Positions 9,163-17,971 of a stretch of DNA of 64,000 nucleotides are shown one piece after another. Origin of the DNA: Candidatus Heimdallarchaeota archaeon (GTDB lineage: Archaea > Asgardarchaeota > Heimdallarchaeia > Heimdallarchaeales > Heimdallarchaeaceae). The position numbers were made by a program, and so were the translations under genes. The notes beneath the pieces are model-generated. The model was not told the DNA's origin. It saw only the letters and a program-made list of their open reading frames with translations, and did not search any database. Location: the NCBI GenBank assembly GCA_030603365.1, contig JAUVXV010000001.1, forward strand, positions 320,001 through 384,000. Reading direction: 5' to 3'. Positions within the stretch are counted from its first letter, which is position 1, and the number at the start of each line of letters is the position of its first letter.

Positions 9163-10566
9163 CTAAAGTTCTTTTAGTAATCTTCTGAAATCATTTAACC
9201 ATCGGGCTGCTTGGAATTCAAGTTTCTCACAATCTTCTTCTTTGATTACTTCCTGGGGATTGTATTTTGAAATAATTGCTTTCCAACTATTCATATCATC
9301 GATGGCCCAATGATCTTTTGGAATAGATGGAAACGTTTTCAATATGTGAAGCATCTCATCAATATCTGCTAGTAATAAATCAGCTCTAGCAACTGATTTT
9401 AACCTAGTCAGATCAATCAGCTCAATTGCTGAAGCAACAAAATCTGCAGTTTTTGTAGGCATCTTCTTTAATGTGTCAAATGGTATAGACACTGTATCTT
9501 CAGTTTCGATTCCTTCTGCGATTTTTAACTGTTTAATACCTTTAGGATATTTATTTTCTAAACCTTCTCGATTTAGGAATGCTTCTAAGCTGAATCCTAT
9601 CTTTTCTAATCGCATACGGGTTTTGAAAATGTCTCTGATTAGAGATTTTAACTGCTTTCTATATGCAATCTGCTCTATTTCATTATCTTCATAACCTTGT
9701 ATTAAGGTGTTCAGAGTAGCTATAGATGCAAATAAATCTGCTTCTAAATCCATTATTAGTTCATCTTCTTTAGTCATATCACCACTTGATCTGGTTTTAA
9801 CTTGATTTAGCTGTTTCTCAGCTTTAAAACCTTTTTTCGTATATCTTTTATGCAACTTAAGATATTCAATGTTTGTCATATCTCCATCTTCAAATTTCTC
9901 TTGAACTACTTCTAATGTATCTTGAATTGCTACAAATTCAGCTTGCAAGTCTTCTTCTCTTGAAATAGCAAGTTCTTTTGTTTTTGTTTCAATTCCTCCT
10001 TTCTTCAAGAGAGATTCTCTCTCCTTTTCGATTTCTCTGGAGATTTTTTCTATTTCACTTTGATGCTCTACTATAGAATCATCCAAAGTTTGTTTTTCTG
10101 CAACCATATGTCTACTTGTTGTTGCCAATGAAACCTGAGGTAGTTCTTTTATAGGAATTTTAGCAATAGTCAAACCTGAAATTCTTTCTTCCCTTTTGTG
10201 TTTCTTAACTTTTGTTTTATAAGGTTTAGCAGGAACATTTGTGAATAAATTCTTAATATCCTCAATTACCTGAAAAATGTGAATATCAGATCGCCATTCA
10301 GCAAGAATACGTAAGCTTAATGTTCCATCATCCTCCACATTGGGATGATTTACTTTAGGAGTGATATCAGCAAAGGGAGGTACTTCAGGGAAACCATCTT
10401 GAATATAAATATTGGCGAATATTGGGATTTCGGTACCCTCTATTGTACCTACATATCCTTTCCATTGTTTTAAATTCCCTCTAACGGGTTCAAAATTTAA
10501 TTGTTTATCAAATATTAATTGCATTTCATTTGCGAGTAGGTAATCGTCTGGGGAAATTTTGTTCAC
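9163..10566 (-). CDS. ESCRT-I fusion: UEV domain + coiled coil/steadiness-box-like helices + Vps28-like C-terminus
   Basis: UBC fold 'FPEVPP...HPNVEDDGTLSLRILAEW' with Ser at the E2 catalytic Cys position. Helical repeats 'FEDGDMTNIEYLK' and 'YEDNEIEQIAYRK'. C-terminal Vps28-like bundle ('ADLFASIATL', 'FVASAIELIDL'). Confidence 0.85.
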   Translation of the reverse strand: MNKISPDDYLLANEMQLIFDKQLNFEPVRGNLKQWKGYVGTIEGTEIPIFANIYIQDGFPEVPPFADITPKVNHPNVEDDGTLSLRILAEWRSDIHIFQVIEDIKNLFTNVPAKPYKTKVKKHKREERISGLTIAKIPIKELPQVSLATTSRHMVAEKQTLDDSIVEHQSEIEKISREIEKERESLLKKGGIETKTKELAISREEDLQAEFVAIQDTLEVVQEKFEDGDMTNIEYLKLHKRYTKKGFKAEKQLNQVKTRSSGDMTKEDELIMDLEADLFASIATLNTLIQGYEDNEIEQIAYRKQLKSLIRDIFKTRMRLEKIGFSLEAFLNREGLENKYPKGIKQLKIAEGIETEDTVSIPFDTLKKMPTKTADFVASAIELIDLTRLKSVARADLLLADIDEMLHILKTFPSIPKDHWAIDDMNSWKAIISKYNPQEVIKEEDCEKLEFQAARWLNDFRRLLKEL

Positions 10567-10644
10567 CTAACTTTTTATTTCTAATAAATGAATACACTCA
10601 AACTTTAAAAAATATTGCATTTAAAATGGTATTTTTCACACATA

Positions 10645-11652
10645 TTAATTAGTTATTTGAAGTACTACCTTTATTGGTTTAGCAAGATTTTTGTCAATTA
10701 TAAACGCTATAGCTTTAGATTTGGTAATTACATCCTTGATCTCTTTTTCTGGACTAAGCATTTTTCCTTGAATCATTATATCGGGCTTTGCCAAACCATA
10801 AGTTAAAACTAACCTCAAAATTAGATCCTTTACCGTCTCTTCAGGATTTACCACAAATTCAATTTGCTCTAGTTTGTATAGTTCTCCACAAGTTGGACAT
10901 TCTTCTGATTTTACAAGTTCTAAAATAGTTGTAGCATTACTCAAACCATCATAGAACATATAATTGTCTAAAGTATTTCCTATTCCTAATATTAACTTTA
11001 ATGCTTCTTGGGACATAAATCCTGCAATTATAGATGATAAAGTTGCTACTGCAGGTAACGGAGGTTCTTTTTCTAATTCATCTTGCCTTTCCTTCTTTCT
11101 TTCTTCTCCAAAAGGAGTACATGCTTGAGCAAGCTCTTCATCAGGAACTAGCGGTTGGCACTCAAAACATGCTGTTTCATAAGGTTTTATGACTTGAACA
11201 TTACCTAAGAATGCAAACATACCTCCCATAACAAGAGGGGCTTTTACTCTAACTGCCATCGAGTTTATCCATCTTCTTCCTATGAATGTGTCTAGACACG
11301 CGATTATAACATCAGCTTCTTCATAGATAGCAGAAGATACATCCTCCATTTTTTCATGAATGAATTCAATCTCACATTTAGGATTGAGTGGTTTCAGGTT
11401 TTCAGCAGCTATTTGGGATTTTGATTTTCCAACATCTTTATCTCTAAAAAGTAACTGTCTGTTTAAATTAGAGATTTCAATGGTGTCAAAATCAATAATG
11501 ATCAGTTTTCCTATACCAGAAGAAACAAGAATTGTTGCAACATAGCTTCCAATTGCTCCTATTCCAACAAGAACAATAGTACTTTTAGTTAGTTTATCCT
11601 GATCCCAACCAGGTATCAGTGTCTGTCTGGAATAGCGTTCATCATCACTCAT
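10645..11652 (-). CDS. Ubiquitin-activating E1-like enzyme (ThiF/Uba family) with C-terminal ubiquitin-fold-like domain
   Basis: 'RYSRQ', GIGAIG, DFDTIEISNLNRQ, Zn pairs CFEC/CPTC, candidate catalytic Cys in 'AQACTP'. Confidence 0.92.
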   Translation of the reverse strand: MSDDERYSRQTLIPGWDQDKLTKSTIVLVGIGAIGSYVATILVSSGIGKLIIIDFDTIEISNLNRQLLFRDKDVGKSKSQIAAENLKPLNPKCEIEFIHEKMEDVSSAIYEEADVIIACLDTFIGRRWINSMAVRVKAPLVMGGMFAFLGNVQVIKPYETACFECQPLVPDEELAQACTPFGEERKKERQDELEKEPPLPAVATLSSIIAGFMSQEALKLILGIGNTLDNYMFYDGLSNATTILELVKSEECPTCGELYKLEQIEFVVNPEETVKDLILRLVLTYGLAKPDIMIQGKMLSPEKEIKDVITKSKAIAFIIDKNLAKPIKVVLQITN

Positions 11653-11772
11653 GAAGTGTACAACCCTTGATATTTCTTTTAGAATTATCCGATATAAGTT
11701 TTTTTTTACTTAGTTATTGAACTAAAACACATTCAGAAAAGAGAATTATTATGAAAAAAAGCATAAAGAAAA

Positions 11773-12009
11773 TTAAGAACCACCTTTGGTTCTAGCAATA
11801 AGATAGCATTTGTCGCCATCCATCATACCTGTCTGTTTTAGGATTTCACTGTCATCTAGTTGTTTTCCATGAAAAACAATAATAACTGTGTTTGCAGGAA
11901 TCTTCTTCTTCTTTGCTACTTCTCTTTTTAATTGTGCTACTGTTGAATGTGGATCAACATCCAATTCAATTGATCCCCCACCAATTGCTGTAACTACTGA
12001 AATACGCAC
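11773..12009 (-). CDS. Ubiquitin-like protein, precursor ending GG-S
   Basis: Beta-grasp pattern 'IELDVDPHSTVAQLKREV...IVFHGKQLDDSEILKQTGM', C-terminus 'ARTKGGS'. Upstream of E1. Confidence 0.93.
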   Translation of the reverse strand: MRISVVTAIGGGSIELDVDPHSTVAQLKREVAKKKKIPANTVIIVFHGKQLDDSEILKQTGMMDGDKCYLIARTKGGS

Positions 12010-12111
12010 TTTTTTTACACCTAACCTATTCTACTCTTTTCTAGAACATATTCATTATTAAAGCTTACCAAATTGTACGAGCTAAAATCTTGATGAACAA
12101 ATCTAGAAATA

Positions 12112-12522
12112 TCAAGATCTAACTATTTTCTTCTTCTCTCCTTTTCTTTTTATTGTAATAGAAGAAGGTATACCTTCAATTTCCCTCTCCAGTTTTTTAA
12201 TCCCTAATCTTGATATTTGTTTTCCCTCTAAAAATCCAATTTTGATCATATAGAGAACATTTTTAAAAATAATTTCTGCTGTTTGTTTTTTATTTGGACT
12301 ATTATATAGATCTGACCAATAATCATAAGCTTCTGGAACCAAAAAGAATTGCATTAGAGATATTTTATCCTTTTCTTCAATACTTTGAGGTGCTTCTTCA
12401 GCGTTTTTCAGCTCTTCCATTCGCTCTTTTCTCTGTTCAGCGATACGCATGAGTTCTTGCGCTTTTTTCTTTCTTATTGCATCCAATTCATCATCGGTGG
12501 TCATAACATCTCTTATTTTCAA
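12112..12522 (-). CDS. PDCD5/TFAR19-like protein (probable start ATG 12504)
   Basis: 'DDELDAIRKKKAQEL', 'FLVPEAY', C-terminal 'ITIKRK'. Confidence 0.7.
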   Translation of the reverse strand: MKIRDVMTTDDELDAIRKKKAQELMRIAEQRKERMEELKNAEEAPQSIEEKDKISLMQFFLVPEAYDYWSDLYNSPNKKQTAEIIFKNVLYMIKIGFLEGKQISRLGIKKLEREIEGIPSSITIKRKGEKKKIVRS

Positions 12523-12794
12523 AACATTAAGTCAAGTTATAAATCTATTTTTCAATAACATTGAACAATTATTTACAAATAAAAGTGTGAAATTTGGTGA
12601 TAATACTTTTATCTCGTTTAAAAAACTACAAGGTACTGGAGATAGGTGATTGGATTGAATAATACAATTCATGATGAGTTGTTTAGTTTTTAAATTTCAT
12701 CGTAGATTAATTTTAAAGATTTTAACTTTGAAAGAAGTGTCCTGCCAAAAATACTTTAAATAATCAAAACAAAGCATAATTAACAGAAGTTACC

Positions 12795-13448
12795 ATGAAC
12801 CAGAGGATTATCCAGATGTTTGAAGAGAAGAAAAATCAAAGAATCGCTAGAATCATCGAATTACCGATTCCAACAGATTTCTTTGATATGCTTCAAGATC
12901 TGATATCTTACTATGGTAACACTGACAAAGCAATTCTTGAATCTATTAAATCGCATCATAAAGAGCAGTTTGGGACTCTTGATGACTTTAAAATATCTAT
13001 TTCACCCATAGCTACAAGGTCAGTACGTCAAGCATCATCTATCAATGCTTCAGTAACTGATGCAAGACTAGCTAAGATAGTTGAAAATGGAAAGAGGATG
13101 GAAAAAAGAACTCAGAAAGAAATTAAGAAAGTGGATAATTTACTTAATAAACTGGAAGACTTAACAGCTCTCAAAGAACTGAAAGACGAAATTAGTTCTA
13201 TGAAATCAATGATTGAAAGGATTCAATCTACTGGAGGAATAACAAGTAGAACAAGAGGTTCAAGAGCAGATTTATCTTCGCTAGATGTGTCTGTTGTTGA
13301 CCAAATTGATACACCATTATCTCCACCTGAACGTCCTCTCCTGGATACAGTTTTAGACAGTATGCTTTTCTTTGATGATGAAGACCTATTAGACGATAAT
13401 AGCGATGATGAAAAAGAAGAAGAAAAAGAAACTGAAGATAAAAACTAA
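12795..13448 (+). CDS. Hypothetical protein: RHH-like N-terminus, coiled coil, acidic tail
   Basis: Strand-helix-G-helix pattern at residues ~20-55, heptads at ~95-145, Asp/Glu-rich C-terminus. Confidence 0.5.
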   Translation: MNQRIIQMFEEKKNQRIARIIELPIPTDFFDMLQDLISYYGNTDKAILESIKSHHKEQFGTLDDFKISISPIATRSVRQASSINASVTDARLAKIVENGKRMEKRTQKEIKKVDNLLNKLEDLTALKELKDEISSMKSMIERIQSTGGITSRTRGSRADLSSLDVSVVDQIDTPLSPPERPLLDTVLDSMLFFDDEDLLDDNSDDEKEEEKETEDKN

Positions 13449-13451
13449 AAC

Positions 13452-13997
13452 TTAGGGATCTAATTTCTTTGCTTGTTCTACTAGAAGTTCAGCTATTTCT
13501 GAAAAAGCCTCCTCTACATGGGCTCCTGTTAATGCACTTGTTTGGAAACTGCTATGACTTTTAAGTTTAGTATGGGTTTCATCACATTCCTTTTTAGAAA
13601 CAGCAATTTGATTTTTCAAATCTTCTTTATTTCCTACCAAAATTTTGACCACATCTTTTCCACAATTTTCAGAGAACTCCTTGCTCCATTTCTGAACGTT
13701 CTTTAGAGTGGCTGCTCTAGTTAAATCATAAACTAATAAAGCTGCTTTAGCACCAATATAGAAAGTATGACGAATAAATCTAAATCTTTCCTGACCTGCC
13801 AAATCCCAAATTGAAAGCGCTACTCTTGTTCCGTCTTTCAGATCTACATGTTTTTCAGAAGGTTCCATTCCAATCGTCATCAAGTAAGAACTGTCAAATC
13901 TACCATGAACAAATCTTTGAACCAAACTGGTTTTCCCTACAGCAGCATCTCCTAATAATAGAATTTTAAAATTATAATCTGGTTGAAGTTTACTCAT
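13452..13997 (-). CDS. Rab-like small GTPase (Ras superfamily)
   Basis: G1 GDAAVGKT, G2 TIG, G3 WDLAGQERF, G4 NKED, G5 TSA. No C-terminal Cys. Confidence 0.95.
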   Translation of the reverse strand: MSKLQPDYNFKILLLGDAAVGKTSLVQRFVHGRFDSSYLMTIGMEPSEKHVDLKDGTRVALSIWDLAGQERFRFIRHTFYIGAKAALLVYDLTRAATLKNVQKWSKEFSENCGKDVVKILVGNKEDLKNQIAVSKKECDETHTKLKSHSSFQTSALTGAHVEEAFSEIAELLVEQAKKLDP

Positions 13998-14001
13998 TTT
14001 C

Positions 14002-14310
14002 TTAATCTCCTAGTGTTTTAGATAGTTCTTCGAGCTCGTTATTAAGGCTAGATAAATAGAATGATTCGAAATTTCCTTGAGCTCTCTCAATAGTAGTAAG
14101 AGATACACATAAGTCCAGAGCAGTCTCCTTGAGCTCTTTTTCATGATCCTTTGGGATGTAAGACTCTATCTTACTTTGTGCTCTTTTAGCAAGTGTTGAA
14201 ATTTCTTTACTATCAGCTAATCCATCCTCATATGCAGTAAGGGTTTTTTGCATCCAAATAACTGCTTTCTTGAGTTCACTTATATTATCAAGTGGTGAAA
14301 CAGCATTCAT
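14002..14310 (-). CDS. Small helical-bundle hypothetical protein, probably co-transcribed with the GTPase
   Basis: All-helical amphipathic pattern. Ends 4 bp before the GTPase start. Confidence 0.65.
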   Translation of the reverse strand: MNAVSPLDNISELKKAVIWMQKTLTAYEDGLADSKEISTLAKRAQSKIESYIPKDHEKELKETALDLCVSLTTIERAQGNFESFYLSSLNNELEELSKTLGD

Positions 14311-14372
14311 TACAAATAAGAAAAAGAAACAGCGTTAATATAATTTGCGTTTGCTAGTAAAGAAAATAAAAC

Positions 14373-14403
14373 AAAAAAAAGAGGGAAAATCCCTCTCCAC
14401 TCC
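14373..14403 (-). terminator. Hairpin + T-tract preceded by GGAGTGGAG (left border of the island)
   Basis: Minus strand reads GGAGTGG-AGAGGGA-TTT-TCCCTCT followed by a T run. Confidence 0.6.
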
Positions 14404-14428
14404 CATAATAAATGAGGAGATTGAAATT

Positions 14429-15082
14429 TTAGTAATCAGATTTTTTCTTCTTACATTTACAAATCATTAATAGGGCAACAATAATGGAAGTAAGAGGAAG
14501 GACAATTGAAAGCGGTTTGTATTCAGGGATTATATAGTCAAATGGAATATAAGTGATGTTCATCACTCCCGAACTCATCTGAAGTATAGCTTCATAAGCA
14601 TCACCAAGAGTAGTATTATAAAATAGAGTTTCTATATAGATAGGTCTCCAGAAGGTATAATTACCATCAGGAAGATAAGGAAGGTCTGTTTGGTTGACGT
14701 AGAAAATCATAGGGTGAACTTCAACAGTGATACCAGGAGGGTAGGAACAAGTCTCTACAGAACCAGAACCAATCGATCTAACTGTTAGCTCTAAAGATTG
14801 ATTGACAAAAGACACATTGAGAAATACATAAGGTGATGTACTTGATTCAATAAGCGTTTGGTTTTGGTCATCTCTATTTAATATTTCCACAGTTGCGTTA
14901 AGACTGAATTGAGTAGTATTTGGTTTAAGGAGGTTAGGATATGAATTGATGGAAATATCACTGATCAATGATACTCTTGAACTAACGATAGTATATTCAC
15001 CTTCAACAGATGCAATATTAGACAGGATTAAAAGTTGTAATAATGCTAATGATATAGTGATTTTTTTCACTGAATGTTTCAC
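14429..15082 (-). CDS. Secreted/membrane-anchored beta-rich protein, copy 1
   Basis: Signal peptide, many N-x-S/T sequons, C-terminal TM + Lys tail. Close paralog of 16051-16695. Confidence 0.75.
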   Translation of the reverse strand: MKHSVKKITISLALLQLLILSNIASVEGEYTIVSSRVSLISDISINSYPNLLKPNTTQFSLNATVEILNRDDQNQTLIESSTSPYVFLNVSFVNQSLELTVRSIGSGSVETCSYPPGITVEVHPMIFYVNQTDLPYLPDGNYTFWRPIYIETLFYNTTLGDAYEAILQMSSGVMNITYIPFDYIIPEYKPLSIVLPLTSIIVALLMICKCKKKKSDY

Positions 15083-15219
15083 ATTATTCTACCTCCTTAA
15101 AGCAATCAATTTTCGATATGTGTTCATTTATACTTATGCATAATATATTATAAACATTCATGCTAACCTTCCCTCTGTATATGCCTTACCGCATGCAAGA
15201 TATAAATCAACATACCCAT
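14500..15219. repeat. Copy 1 of a duplicated unit (subtilase 3' end + intergenic + secreted protein); copy 2 at ~16120-16832
   Basis: Long near-identical stretches in both copies, e.g. 'ggtctccagaaggtataattaccatcaggaagataaggaaggtctgttt'. Left boundary approximate. Confidence 0.9.
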
Positions 15220-15892
15220 AACCCATCTGGTCAAATGTACTTCTGGAACTAGCATATTGCAAGATATCAATAACTTTTTGAACAGTGGGATCAGTCGAAG
15301 AACCGATTCCATTATGATATCCTGTAATTATTAAAGCTATTATGCCTGCGAGATAAGGTGTGCTATAACTTGTTCCACAATGATATCTCCAGATACTTAT
15401 AGGTTGACCGTATCCGTCAAATCCCCATGTTAAAGCTGGTATCCCATTTCCAGGATCAAGCCAGTTAACAATGTGATTCCCCGTTTCATATGATTCATAC
15501 CAAGAAGAGAAAATTGATTTTCCATTTTTCGTAGACACTGGAGCTCCTACAGGTCGAGTTTCATGGTCTATTGAACCAATAGAATACCACTGAGAATAGT
15601 AACTAGGATACAGTCTATAATCACTACCATCGAAGTTTCGATAATTACCAACATTAAAATATCCATTTCCAGATGCACATATCATTATAACCCCCTTATT
15701 GATCAGGCTATCCCACTTGGTTGCAATATTAGGGGTAGAATATAATATGTCATCAACAAAATCTTGAGACCATGTAATGATATCTATGTCATATGTTGCT
15801 TGATTATCATCTAACCACGTCCATAAATCAAGATCACCTTCATAAAATTCGTAAGGGTCTTGTCCAAAGAAATCAACAAGTTGCATATCCAC
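15158..15892 (-). pseudogene. 5'-truncated subtilisin-like (S8) serine protease
   Basis: Oxyanion motif 'CASGNG' and catalytic-Ser motif 'GTSYSTPYLAG' are present. Catalytic Asp/His region and signal peptide are absent (in-frame stop at 15941-15943 upstream). Confidence 0.8.
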
Positions 15893-16050
15893 AAAGTTAT
15901 CAGAATTTCGTAGGATTTGAAACAGTTGAAGTAATTCAAATTAGGATTATAGTGAGTAATGTTATCTATGATTAATTCTTTCAAAGTTTCATTATTATTA
16001 ATTTTATAGAAAAAGAAAATGAGATTTTATTACAAGTTAATGAATAAAAA

Positions 16051-16695
16051 TCATCGTTTTCTCTTCTTAATATAGAGTATAAATATGATTATAGTTACCA
16101 TTGTAAGTGGAAAGGCAAGCGAAAGGGCAGTATACTCAGGGATTGTATAGTCAAATGGAATATAAGTGATATTCATTTCCCCTGAACTCATCCGAAGTAT
16201 AGCTTCATAAGCATCACCAGGAGTAGTATTATAAAATGGAGTTTCTATATTGATTGGTCTCCAGAAGGTATAATTACCATCAGGAAGATAAGGAAGGTCT
16301 GTTTGATTGACGTAGAAAATCATAGGGTGAACTTCAACAGTGATACCAGGAATGAAGGAACGAGACTCTACAGAACCAGAATCAAACGCATAAACTTCAA
16401 GTTCTAAGGATTGATTAACTAAAGACACATTGAGGAATACGTAAGGTATTGTATTTGGTTCAATAACTGTTCGATTTTGGTCATCTCTATTTAATACTTC
16501 TACAGTTGCGTTAAGACTGAATTGAGTAGTATTTGGTCTAATGATACTGGGAAATGAATTGATAGATATGTCACTGATCAAAGAAACTCTCGAACTAACA
16601 ATAGTATATTCACCTTCAACAGATGCAATGTTAGATAGGATTAATAGTTGGAATAATACCAATGTTATAGTAATCTTTTTCACTGAAAGTTTCAT
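16051..16695 (-). CDS. Secreted/membrane-anchored beta-rich protein, copy 2
   Basis: Paralog of 14429-15082 (shared 'VEVHPMIFYVNQTDLPYLPDGNYTFWRPI'). Confidence 0.75.
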   Translation of the reverse strand: MKLSVKKITITLVLFQLLILSNIASVEGEYTIVSSRVSLISDISINSFPSIIRPNTTQFSLNATVEVLNRDDQNRTVIEPNTIPYVFLNVSLVNQSLELEVYAFDSGSVESRSFIPGITVEVHPMIFYVNQTDLPYLPDGNYTFWRPINIETPFYNTTPGDAYEAILRMSSGEMNITYIPFDYTIPEYTALSLAFPLTMVTIIIFILYIKKRKR

Positions 16696-16770
16696 ATTAT
16701 TCTACCTCCTTGAAATAATCAATTTTCAATATATTTTTATTTATACATATACTTAATATGTTATAAACAT

Positions 16771-16832
16771 TCATGCTAATCCCCCCTCAGTATAAGTTCT
16801 ACCATATGCAATATAAATATCCACATAGCCAT
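16771..16832 (-). pseudogene. Remnant (last ~20 codons) of a second subtilase gene
   Basis: Encodes GYVDIYIAYGRTYTEGGLA*, versus GYVDLYLACGKAYTEGRLA* at 15158. Confidence 0.85.
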
Positions 16833-17128
16833 GGGAAAATGAATTGAAGAAAGTAGATTTAGAACCATTAGGTAGATGTAAAAAATTGAAAGGGATATAT
16901 TTGATAAGAAATAAGATAGAAGAGATAGATCTAACACCATTAGGGAAGTGTAAGGAATTGAGGGAAGTGAGTTTATCATCAAATAGGATAAGGAAAATAG
17001 ATTTGAGACCATTAAAGAAATGTGAAAAATTGGAGAGTCTGACACTGTTTTGGAATCCAATAGAAGAGATGGAGAGAGAAAGTAGAGACATACTAAAGAA
17101 ATACTATGAAATAATAAAAAAAGAATGA
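16831..17128 (+). pseudogene. 5'-truncated leucine-rich-repeat protein
   Basis: 22-aa LRRs (LxxIxLxxNKIxxIDLxPLxxC). Lacks the first ~50 codons present in the paralog at 26359-26808. Confidence 0.85.
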
Positions 17129-17191
17129 AAAAGGGCAGAGAGCCCGACTCCACTCCAAGAATAATGGGCCGAAAGACCCAGAAGAAAGAGA
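17128..17191 (-). terminator. Double hairpin with GGAGTGGAG spacer and T-tract (copy of 26808-26871)
   Basis: Minus strand: GGGTC-TTTC-GGCCC ... GGAGTGGAG-TC-GGGC-TCTCT-GCCC-TTTTT. Confidence 0.6.
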
Positions 17192-17305
17192 TTAAACAGA
17201 TTGTGAAACTTCAACAGGTTGTTCTACTAAAAACTCGTGAATAAGTATTTTCCTTCTTTAAATATCAATTGGAGAATAAGTAAGAAAAAGAGAAGAGAAA
17301 TACCA

Positions 17306-17620
17306 ATGAACTGGCAAATGATCTTCAAGATTTATGTAGAAGGAAAAGAAGGAAAGATAGAACTAACGAGATACAATATAACAACAGTAGACGGACTGAA
17401 ATTCTTCTTGAAGAACCTCTATGAAGAACAGAAAGGATGGTTAGTAGAGAAGAGGGAGAAGAGGGCATGGAATTACGAGATAGTATTTACAGACGAACTA
17501 GGAAGAGAAGTAGAGCTGAAGAAACTAAATGAACTGATACATGAGAGTGAGGAGATAATAAGTTTCTTCGAGATGACAGAGCTAACAATAGGAGAATTAT
17601 TAGTGGAGGGAATAGGATGA
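17306..17620 (+). CDS. Hypothetical protein, mobile-element/virus-like
   Basis: Purine-rich ORF with ATG at 17306. Stop overlaps the next start (ATGA). Confidence 0.6.
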   Translation: MNWQMIFKIYVEGKEGKIELTRYNITTVDGLKFFLKNLYEEQKGWLVEKREKRAWNYEIVFTDELGREVELKKLNELIHESEEIISFFEMTELTIGELLVEGIG

Positions 17621-17811
17621 TAGAGATAATCAGTTACATTGTAGCATTATTCCTCATCTGGAGTCTGATCATTCTAGAGGAAGGAGGAAGGTTTCCAATA
17701 AACGAAAGAATAGTAGTAAAGTATTGGGGTTTGAATAACGATGATTACAGAAAAATCAAGTATAAAATTAAGAAAGAGAAAAGAACTAAGAGTGAAGAGA
17801 AGGGAATTTAG
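17617..17811 (+). CDS. Small hypothetical membrane protein
   Basis: N-terminal TM and basic tail. ATGA-coupled to the upstream ORF. Confidence 0.45.
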   Translation: MIEIISYIVALFLIWSLIILEEGGRFPINERIVVKYWGLNNDDYRKIKYKIKKEKRTKSEEKGI

Positions 17812-17971
17812 GGAGATATGTGAATTAACAGTAAAAGAGATCTCAGGTTTCATTTCAATAGGATTATTTATCTTAGGAGTAGGGATATTGACCAAACTCT
17901 TCATTAAGGAAGTAGGAGGAGTAGGAGTTTTCTTTATAGTAATGGGATGCATATGACTAAGTTTTTGTCTA

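Larger units (their letters stand above)
16831..17237. repeat. 407-bp direct repeat, copy 1 (copy 2 at 26511-26917)
   Basis: Gap-free manual alignment at offset 9680 with about 51 mismatches (~87% identity). Covers the LRR gene 3' part, two hairpins and the 46-bp 3' end of the wHTH gene. Confidence 0.95.

Noticed and set aside
9163-10566. Calling this gene an active E2 conjugating enzyme
   Set aside because: The catalytic Cys position is Ser and the long C-terminal region is ESCRT-I-like.
16771-17153. Minus-strand ORFs 16771-17091 and 16776-17153 (also 17674-18099, 18226-18486, 26411-26833)
   Set aside because: Antisense shadows of purine-rich + strand genes (S/L/F-rich). Only the last ~20 codons of 16771-17091 are real, as the subtilase remnant.
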